Shown here: positions 55,965 to 64,000 of the stretch, piece after piece
Position numbering within the stretch: the first letter of the stretch is position 1
Layout of the letters: the number at the start of each line of letters is the position of its first letter
DNA from: Octopus sinensis
Lineage: Eukaryota
Assembly: GCF_006345805.1 (NCBI RefSeq)
Contig: NC_042998.1
Location: forward strand, 60,264,001-60,328,000
Length of the DNA: 64,000 nucleotides
Reading direction: 5' to 3'
Made by a program: the position numbers and the translations under genes
Notes under the pieces: generated by a model
The model's input: the letters and a program-made list of their open reading frames with translations, nothing else
Databases searched by the model: none
Told to the model about the DNA's origin: nothing

Positions 55965-56065
55965 TAGCTACCGAATAATTGTCACATATTATATTTACAG
56001 ATAAATTCCCCAATTTACATGATATCGAGGTAACTTTCATTCTTTTGTTGTGTTACCATTTTTGT

Positions 56066-56132
<67 letters not shown>

Positions 56133-56342
56133 AATGAGATTCGGTTGAACTAGGTACTTAAGTTGAAGCACCAGGTCAGTCCGGTATTATCCATTCAGCA
56201 TGAAGTAAGGTGAATAATATCAAAATAAGCAACAGCATATCAAGTACTGATGTTGTACGACTGTTTCAAGCGGCTCCATTTAATTGAGCAATGCAATCAT
56301 TACATCAATTTAAATGCAGTGCCATCATCAGGCTAGTCTTAG

Positions 56343-58570
56343 CTAGAATAGCGACAACATGCATTTCTTCCATCTTCTTGCTCTGCTTCCTCCTTTATGG
56401 ATAGGGCATATTATTCCCTCCTTGAGTTTGTTCGGGAGATTGCTATTTGCAAGGAAGCTCTGAAAAAGTAGCTGCAGTGGTTTTACAAGGACTCGTCTGC
56501 ATGACTTGAGAAAGATTGCTGAAAATCCATCTATTGGATTGTCAGTCATCTATTGCCAGTATGACATCCTCTTCTATAATGTTGATATAATCAATTGTTA
56601 CTGCTTTCCTTTCGACATCTGTAGTGGTAAAGAATTTTACAAGCTTATTAACTTGCACGCGCCGTAAAGATGGAGTGAGAACACTTTTGAATTGTTCATT
56701 TGGTATTTCACTTATCCTCACAGGAAACCCAGTGAGGAAACCGTCTTTTTGGAGAAGTGGCTCTACCTTGCAACGCACAGAGGCAGTTTCTGGCGTACTT
56801 AAAGAAGGCTTTCGGGTTTGCTTTTATATTTTTTATAACCCTGTCTTTGTCTGCTCTTTCTTTTTCATGGGAGTATTTCAGACGTTTCTCAATCTCCAAC
56901 ACTGCTATTTCCAGGCGGGATTTTTCACAGCCATTGGGTTTTCTATTGAAGCTGTTTGCAATCTTTGTACACCCTCTCATAAGAACATTTCTCTCCTTGG
57001 AATCTTGTTTTTATGTGCAGCGGCTTTTATCTCTGGGACAACATTGTAGCATAAGGCTTGCATTATAAACATGAATGCTCTCAATTTCATGTCGGCATCA
57101 GGTGTAGAGAAACATTAGAGCCAATCCTGTTTGGTGATCTCTCTCTTTTGATTTCCAGTCTGCTTTGTGGTAGTTCATATTGGATAGATTTTGGGTGATT
57201 CTCATAGGTTGCATGTCTGGGGGTTTCTTTGGCTCGAAGATGATCAGCTCTATTATGTTATGATCCGAGATAGCGTTGGTGTTATTTTCACATTATAAAT
57301 GGGATCCATATTGTTTGCGAAGCAGAGATTGAGTATATTGTTTGCTCTGGTTGGTTGGAGTATTACGTGCTCCATGTATAACATGTTGGTGAGGTTGAGC
57401 AGAGATTCCACCTGGCTTTACTCACATCGCGTCATTCCCAAGAGGAAAAGGACCCCAGGCCATTCTACTTTGGGCAAGTTGAAGTCTCCCATGAGAAGTA
57501 CACTGATGTATTGTTCTTGTTTGGCTAAGACTTTTATACTTGCAAGCCAGTCTTTGAATAGGCCTGTGTGATTTGGAACATCTGATGGGCAATAAATAGT
57601 ACATATAACTATATCAAGTTATCTTATATGTATACATAACACGTTTGAGTGTGACCAAAGGATCTGGGGTGTGAGATCTTCACAGATGTACATTGCAACT
57701 CCACCATGGCTCCTGACTTTTCTGTCGCTTCGCAATACAACATACTTTGGTATGTGTATTTCTGCATCTGCGATGTCGGATTTTAGGTGCCTTTCGGTGA
57801 GTGCTATGCATAAGATTTGGTTGCACACCACAAGGTCTCTCAGGAAGGTAATTTTGGCTCTGTAACTGAGTTCATAAAATATATTGGTGTGACATCTTTC
57901 CTGATATCTGTGGTGGCCACCCTGAACCATTGGCAGTCTTGTATGTTGGTGGGGATGGCTCCTACTCTGGAACTGATGTAGCCAGGTCAGTTGTGGCTTC
58001 TGAATGGGGCTTTTCGGGGTAGTGCGCACTGCATCAGTATATTTTACTGTTGATGCAGGTGATGCTCGACTTTCTCCTTTTTGGAGTTTTTTTTGTCTTT
58101 TGGTCCCTTCGCCGGGGGGGGGGGGGTTATTTTGCTTATGGTATGGTTTTGAGTGTTGGAAGCAGCAGTGTGTACCGTCATCTCCATGCCAGCAGCCATC
58201 GCGCAGGTAGAATTTACACGATTGTGCGTGCTTCCAAACTATTTGTATTTTCGTGTATAAACTGTCTAGCTTGTTTCTTTTCTTCATTATTATACTTGGG
58301 AGTACTCTTTTGGTTTTCTTCATTTTTATTTCTGTCTTCATCCTTTTTTTGCTTTTTTGGCCCATTTTAGCTCTTTCGTCTTTTTAGTTGATGATATCGA
58401 TTGTGGTAGAGCCATCCTTGCTGGTGTCTCCTTCCTTGGCAAGCCTCCCAATTATGGTTTCATGTGTGTTCCCTTGTGGATCATTTGAGCCAAGGATGCA
58501 TCTATCACTCAATCCTTGACATCCTTTTTGAGTTTTCGAGCAAAAATGGTGTCAAAAATACTGATGTGGG
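56343..58570 (-). mobile_element. 5' half of a CR1-group LINE (ORF1-like region with CCCH finger, APE endonuclease, start of RT region)
   Basis: CKFYLRDGCWHGDDGTHCCFQH; IALTERHL..RSDRK..HGGVAMYI; YRSP; LMGDFNLP; LKEGIICPIHKGG; frameshifted and 3'-truncated. Confidence 0.88.
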
Positions 58571-59029
58571 GTCCTGATGTGAAAACAGGAACGAATGAAT
58601 TTTTGCTTGTTCCACTCTATCTGAGTTGTGGTCATTATGTAGCCATTGGTTGATGGTTGCAGTGGGATTAATAATGAGAGAGAAAGAGTAGGTATGAGAG
58701 AGAAATAGGGACTAAACACTGAACTAACATACTGAACGAACACACACATTTAGCCTTTTGTGATGGTAATGGGGTGATAGTAATAGTATGAGCTGTATTT
58801 GTGATAGAGGCGGAGGCGGCGGTGATGATGGTTGTGGTAGTGGTGGTGGTCAGGGATGACGGTGAGAGTAAGTGATGTGAAAGATAGTGGTGATGGTGGT
58901 GGAGGGGAAGGCGGCAAAATCAAAGGTATTGATGGTGGTGGCGACAGAAGTCTAAATGGTGTGTATGTTTGGCAGTTGTGGCGGTGATGAGGGTGGTACT
59001 GGTGATGGTGATGGTTGAAAACAATCAAC

Positions 59030-59075
<46 letters not shown>

Positions 59076-59440
59076 GTTAGATAGAAAAAATTGTATCCAC
59101 CCCCCCCCCCACCCCCGAATGGGAAGACAAAATTGTTTATCATGCAGCTTTGCAATAAGTTCCAAGTCGACAAATTATATCATTGTTTTGATGAAAATTG
59201 TTCATTGCTTGAAAAATATTGTTCAAGTTTAATAAAATTTAATATGTACTCAATGCATAATTGAATACCCTATATAGATGTCTACGTATCGATATCAGCT
59301 TTTCAAAGTTCGTTTCGGCATTTTTCATTTTTCTGCCGACTGAAACTACGCTTGCGTAGTGGATTTTTTGAAAAATTATAACATATAGAGATGAGACACG
59401 TGCTATTGGTCTCATAATTACAGGTTAGTCTTGGATGGCT

Positions 59441-59523
59441 CGGTTACTGAAGAGGATTTGCCTGGTAAATTATTTTATTTTATTTTATTTACTAAACAAA
59501 TCCGAAACTTATAGGTATAACCG
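59441..59523 (+). ncRNA. Type I hammerhead ribozyme motif (best-formed in the window)
   Basis: CGGUUA|CUGAAGA|GGAUUUG..CAAAUCC|GAA|ACU-UAUA-GGU|A|UAACCG: 6-bp stem I, 7-bp stem II, GUA triplet (after 59517). Confidence 0.9.
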
Positions 59524-59739
59524 TAAAAACAAGGTAAAAGTTTTTTTATTTTTTCATTCCCTTTGAAATTTCTTAAATTTTTTGTAGTCTTCGGTTGTTT
59601 TGACTGTCTCCTAGCGTGTAGAAATTGCCTGTTATAGGTAATTTCTCTTTGTGTTTAAATGTACATTATTTTATATATAAAGACAGATAGAAAGATAGAT
59701 TCAATTTTACATATATTTGTATGCAAGTATGTATGTATG

Positions 59740-60590
59740 TCATTATTCAGTTTTATTTCATGATTTCTTGCCAACAGAGAGAGACCCGGTTTCTAACCCA
59801 GATCCAAGGTTCCTTCATTGGAATTTCAACATCAACAAGGTATTTTAGTAATTATGTATGTATGTATGCATACCTGCAGATTTGTATGCTTTGTTTTGTA
59901 TATGTACTCTCATGCATATAGTTGCATATCTAGACATGCTCAAATATACTTAAATCACAAATTTCTGGAAAGTTTTACAGATTTTTACAGTTCCAGTGAT
60001 GGATTGAATTTGTAGTCTTCAAATCAGCTTTCTCTTTTCCGGTTTTGAGAAGCCTAATTTCTCAAGGCTGGTATTTCGGCAGAATGTTACATATTCCAGT
60101 GCCCCAATAATTACAGGTATAAACTTGAACTTGTAATCTGGATAAACTAACTGCAGATGTATTATGTTATTATTCAGTTTTATTTTTAAATTTCTTGCCT
60201 GTTGAGGAGCCAGTTTCTAACCTAAATCCAAGGCTCCTTCAGTGGAATTTAAACAACATCAACAGATTATTTTTGCATGCTTGAATATATATGTGCAGTA
60301 TTTGGAGTCAGTGCATGTGCAGATTTTTATGTTTTGTTTTATGTATGCATTGTTATGCATACAGCTGAATCTCTAGACATGCGTATATACATATACTTAA
60401 ATGATAAAATTCTGGAAAGTAACAAATTTTTACTGTTCCATTTATGGCTTCAATTTTCGAAATAGCTTTCTCCCTTCTGGTTCTGAGAAACCTAATTTCT
60501 CAAACTGTTTAGGCGGTTTGTTACATTGCCCAGTGCCCCAATATTTACAGATGTTAACTTGAACGTGCAACCCGTTTAGATTAAATGTAA
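59740..60590 (-). mobile_element. Two tandem 3' ends (about 430 bp each) of R4/Dong-type RLE retrotransposons
   Basis: YPDYKFKFIPVIIGAL..EKLGFS..LQIQSITGTVKICKTF plus 3' UTR, repeated with divergence. Confidence 0.75.
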
Positions 60591-61423
60591 ATTTCTCAAT
60601 AGTTCAGCGTAGGTGTTTTCATTTTCACTGATGTTTAGCTTTATGTTGGGAGCCGCCAGGCAGCTGATTTCCACTACTGTACATAGTTTCTCTTCTCTGT
60701 CCGAACTCATTATGTATGTATGTATGTATGTATGTATGTATGTATGTATGTATGTATGTATGTATGTATGTATACGCGTGTGTATGTATACGCGTGTGTA
60801 TGTATGTATATAACACTAATATAAGTGTGCGTATATGCGTTTGTGTGTATACTTGTGTCTCCCCACTTGCTTCTGAGTGAATATCCCAATATCTAATGGT
60901 GCTTTATCTTTCGTCCCTTTCAACCACAAATTTAATCATTGCATGAAGATTAGTAAAATAATTTCTAGATCGATTCCCTTAACTCCAAACTCTTGAAACA
61001 ACATAGACGCAGTCCAGTGCCTGAAACCAGTAAAAAGAATGGACAAAATGTTCAGTAAACTAATTTCTGCACTTCAATTTCAAAAGTGATGTTGCATGGA
61101 GTAAACATGGAAGTATAGAATGAATGGCCTCAGAGATATCTTTTTATTCGTTTACTTGTCCCAGTCATTGGATTGCGGATTTGCTTCTGAACTTCTTGAA
61201 AAGATTTAGTTGATCAGTTTACTTCCTATTCTGTCTGCTGGTATCTGATATTTATTCTAGTCTAACGTGTAAGTTACAGGAACGTAAGCAAAAGTTTATC
61301 GACTGTCAAGGGTAAACAACCGGCTCGCTTGACAGCCGGTACAACACATGTATATGTGGATGTACGTATGTATGCATACATACATATATACACACATACA
61401 TACACACACACATACACACACAC

Positions 61424-61520
<97 letters not shown>

Positions 61521-62934
61521 TGGTAGCTCTCAGGTGTGTTCCAGGTAACGGCTAACCACATTGAATAGTATTAAACATCAATGATCACTTAGTATTTGCA
61601 CCTCCGCTGTAATTTTTCTGGTGGCTAACTCCGGGTTCGTTTCTCTGGATTATGAATGTTATCAGGAGTTTAGATTTCAAACAATTAAAAGAGGACGGAG
61701 ACTGCTACTTCATTAATTTTTTTCTTTTAATTTTACAGTTGGTCATACATCATAATTAGTTGGTTAAAGTAACCGACACGGCATTCTCCTGCACAGAGTA
61801 CGTTCATTTGTCCATGCAACCCAGCTCTATCTTCTGTGCATTTTCATTCAGGGTCCTTCATTAAGTGTGATGCGAAGCGAATTGTGTTTACTTATGAGTG
61901 GCTAGTTTAAAATATAATGGGAAGTGATGGGGGATACGTCGAAATCGGATTTGGCTATAAAGTTTATTCTTAGGGTGACCTCAACTTAACATCAGTGTCA
62001 GGACGGAAACTGGGAGTTAAATATTTATTAAATCAAGTCAAAAGTATACCCGACTATTCTAATAGGCTTTTTCTGTGGTTAAAGGAGGTTGAATAGAATT
62101 AATATTAAACTTAGTTACATCGATGACGTTCAATCGATATATTTTATAATGATGCACTTTTAAGTTGAGTCTTAGGCTATTTGGAAGTTTCCATACCTGC
62201 ATGTGTTGCTATGATTTATAAGAAAGAAAGATGTTTTAAACTTGTGATAATAACGATATTTAGTTGAAAGTTAGGCCAGATAATGTTCAGACATATACCT
62301 CTATCATTCGACAACGCTCCTTTGTGTATAGGATATCATACTACCTGATACCTGCTTGAAAATGCTTAAAAGTTTTCCCATGTAGATGTAAATATTTCAA
62401 GGGCTGTTCTAGTCTACATTGTAGCCATTTCAAATTTCAACATATATCCTTCACTTTCATTCATATCTTAAATTAGCCACAGATAAATTAACTCCACTTC
62501 GAGCCACGCTTTGTTCAATGAAGATGCACAGACGATAACGCTGGATAGCATATGCAGCTGCACATACTCTGTGAAGTAGAAACACTTGTCGGTCATTTTA
62601 ACCAACTACTTATACTGTATGAGCAACTATAAAATTAAAGGGAAAATTTGGTGATGTACCAATCTCCATACTCTTTGTAATTGCTTGAAATATATATATG
62701 TGTGTGTGTGTATGTGTGTGTGTGTAAATATATATATAGAAATATATATATATATATTAATTCCAAGAAAGTTAGAGGTTGTGAATCCAACCAACTAAGG
62801 GATAATATCTATCCAATATACTGCTGGTAGAATACCCAATTATTAATATACAAGTGTTTTCTATTGCATTGCAATTACATTACCGAGTGTACTAAATTGG
62901 TGAGGGTAAAGAGGTATTTTGCTATTAATTTATA

Positions 62935-63322
62935 GAGTAATAAGAAAATGGACGGGATCAATAGGTGGTTCATCAACTTTTAGACATTATCTTATGTCAA
63001 TTTATTTATTTGCTTACTAAGATGACAATTACAAGAATATACATACATGTATAACATATTGTGCTTTACATATAAAATATAAAAGATACTAGTAATTTTT
63101 CAAATATAACATACAGGAATAGAAATTGGGAAAAGAAATTCATGTATGTTATATTTTTAAAATTACTGTTATCTTTTATATTTTATATGTAAAGCATAAT
63201 ATGTTATACACGTATGCATATTCTTGTAATTGTCATTTTAGTAAATAAATAAATAAATTGACATAATATAATGTCTAAAAGTTGATGAACCACTTATTGA
63301 TCCCCTCCATTTTCTTATTGCT
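62935..63322. repeat. 388-bp palindrome abutting (TA)n; flank homologous to the 20.4-kb element
   Basis: AAGAAAATGGACGGGATCAATAGGTGGTTCATCAACTTTTAGACATT is mirrored at about 63270-63320; TCCAATATACTGCTGGT is shared with 20401. Confidence 0.9.
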
Positions 63323-63371
<49 letters not shown>

Positions 63372-63374
<3 letters not shown>

Positions 63375-64000
63375 GGGTTGGACAAACCAATGGAAACACC
63401 TTAAAATTTCAAACAAATTAATTTTAATATGGGAAAGGACTGCCTTTGGCAGTAATTACAGCTTGAATTCTACGAGATGTGGACTCGTACAAAGTTTGAA
63501 TTGTTTCCAAAGGAATTTTTGTCCATTCGTCAGCTAAAACAGTCACCAGTTCTTGTAGTGATGATGGTAGAGGATATCGACTTTTTACTTGTTTTTCTAA
63601 AATGCACCTTAAATGTTCAATAATATTGAGATCTGGGGACTGTGGTGACCAGATAAGATTTTCAACTTTACGAGAATGTTCCTCATGCCATTCAGTGACA
63701 ACTTTAGCTGTGTGAATTTATGCATTATCATCCTGAAAGATTGCGTTTCACTCCGGAAACGGTTCCGCAACCAGAGGGTGAATTTGATCTGTTAAAATGT
63801 TTAAATAGTCTTAACTATTAATTCTGCCGTGAAGGGAAACCATTGGGCCGCGGATTTCCAAGATATAGCCCCACCCACCTCGCCAGATCATCACAGATCA
63901 TCCTCCTTGTTTAACAGTTGGAAGAAGGCAGTCTTGGTCAAATGCTTCTTTTAGATGTCTCCACATGTATACTCGGCTGGTGGTCGGAAATAAGGTAAAA
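63372..64000 (-). mobile_element. Tc1 transposon 3' end, continuing beyond the window
   Basis: TA-CAGGGGTTGGACAAA TIR; minus strand WSPQSPDLNIIEHL..RRIQAVITAKG. Confidence 0.9.

Larger units (their letters stand above)
55400..55990. mobile_element. Fold-back element (about 190-bp inverted arms, about 200-bp spacer) with a hammerhead in each arm, flanked by (TA)n/(GA)n
   Basis: Arms about 55400-55590 and 55800-55990; third copy at 41910-42290. Confidence 0.85.

Overview
AT-rich eukaryotic DNA, dense in microsatellites and SINEs. The SINE families and repeat landscape look like Octopus or another cephalopod (inference, not verified). One protein-coding gene is recoverable by hand on the minus strand: a divergent gelsolin/villin-superfamily gene. 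It has nine phase-consistent GT-AG exons between 49577 and 16102 (end of domain G1, all of G2 and G3) and a probable tenth exon at 12785-12881. Its 5' exons were not found and probably lie beyond 64000. Nearly all ORFs in the supplied track are microsatellite artefacts or decayed transposons: maT/DD37D, Tc1, mariner, pogo/Tigger, hATm-like, CR1, Tx1/L1, R4/Dong and a Penelope-like GIY-YIG remnant. The most striking unannotated signal is a set of at least 10 type I hammerhead-ribozyme motifs from about six unrelated sequence families. Six have an intact core, and all have a very short self-complementary stem III. Many sit in fold-back or direct-repeat elements that abut (TA)n tracts. This looks like a population of non-autonomous, Penelope-derived ribozyme/fold-back elements, and several copies lie in the sense orientation of the gelsolin-like pre-mRNA.
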